DNA of 53,065 nt from Nanobdellati archaeon. Its GTDB lineage: Archaea > EX4484-52 > WAPT01. The notes under the pieces are model-generated. The model saw only the letters and a program-made list of their open reading frames with translations. It was not told the DNA's origin and searched no databases. Below are positions 52,933-53,065 of this stretch, one piece after another. Made by a program: the position numbers and the translations under genes. The stretch covers positions 1 to 53,065 of the forward strand of contig WAPT01000011.1 of the NCBI GenBank assembly GCA_015520605.1, in the 5' to 3' direction. Positions within the stretch are counted from its first letter, which is position 1. Each line of letters starts with the position of its first letter.

Positions 52933-53065
52933 GCCGCACCGCCCGATTACGCCTAACGTTTGGTGGGCATGCGAAGTGCGAGGCGAAGCCGAGCATTTGA
53001 GTGAGCACCGAAGGTGCGAACCGCATACCCGCTTGTTATATGACCCGAACGAAGTGAGGGCGAGG
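52933..53065. repeat. GC-rich multi-hairpin repeat, right copy (attC-like: GCCTAAC ... GTTATAT), truncated by the window end
   Basis: Boxes at 52951-57 and 53035-41. Stems are 52963-73/53022-32, GGC-GAA-GCC (52982-90) and GCACC-GAA-GGTGC (53005-17). The 5' extension at 52933-46 is complementary to 49767-80. Confidence 0.7.

Larger units (their letters stand above)
49598..52956 (-). mobile_element. putative integron-type gene cassette (three ORFs plus an attC-like site); boundaries inferred from G|TT core logic
   Basis: GTTAGGCGT (49720-28) and TCGGGCGGTGCGGC (49767-80) are perfect complements of ACGCCTAAC (52949-57) and GCCGCACCGCCCGA (52933-46). The ORF set is compact and bounded by the repeats. 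No recombinase is in the window. Confidence 0.35.

Noticed and set aside
1-53065. Search by eye for transposase, integrase and cas genes
   Set aside because: No ORF shows DDE, tyrosine-recombinase (R..H..R..Y) or Cas signatures. The mobility hypotheses above therefore lack an in-window enzyme.

Overview
This is an archaeal chromosomal window. The gene content suggests an Archaeoglobales-like euryarchaeon (inference only): thermosome, FEN-1, aEF-1beta, a trifunctional TyrA/chorismate mutase/PheA, separate HPS and PHI, and intron-containing tRNAs with encoded CCA. Core content: (1) a complete Mrp-Mbh-type membrane-bound [NiFe]-hydrogenase operon (3271-11686) in mbhA-N order, with a fused NuoC/NuoD-like catalytic subunit and an archaeal UMP kinase gene wedged between mbhJ and mbhK/L; (2) maturation genes hycI, two hypA copies and an Mrp/MinD-type ATPase; (3) amino-acid and nucleotide metabolism genes (tyrA-pheA fusion, ilvE, pyrH, pyrF, MTAP); (4) replication and repair genes (fen, a PriS/PriL-CTD fusion primase, an Lhr helicase-phosphoesterase-methyltransferase operon); (5) three tRNA genes, two of which carry insertions in the T-loop. 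Three genes look decayed: superoxide reductase, an HDAC-family gene, and the 3' end of MTAP. Several visibly AT-rich accessory islets are present (14400-15718, 21770-23600, 26280-28070, 47915-52900). The most unusual structure is at the right end. A compact three-gene cassette on the minus strand (putative restriction endonuclease, C5-cytosine methyltransferase, Mig-like mismatch glycosylase) is bracketed by two homologous GC-rich hairpin repeats. These repeats have the inverse-core/core (RYYYAAC...GTTRRRY) layout of integron attC sites, and their halves are complementary across the cassette rather than within each copy. I read this as a possible integron-type, or otherwise hairpin-site-specific, mobile gene cassette. 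No recombinase lies in the window, and the right repeat is cut by the window end. All calls come from reading the sequence and the ORF translations; no database search or folding program was run.
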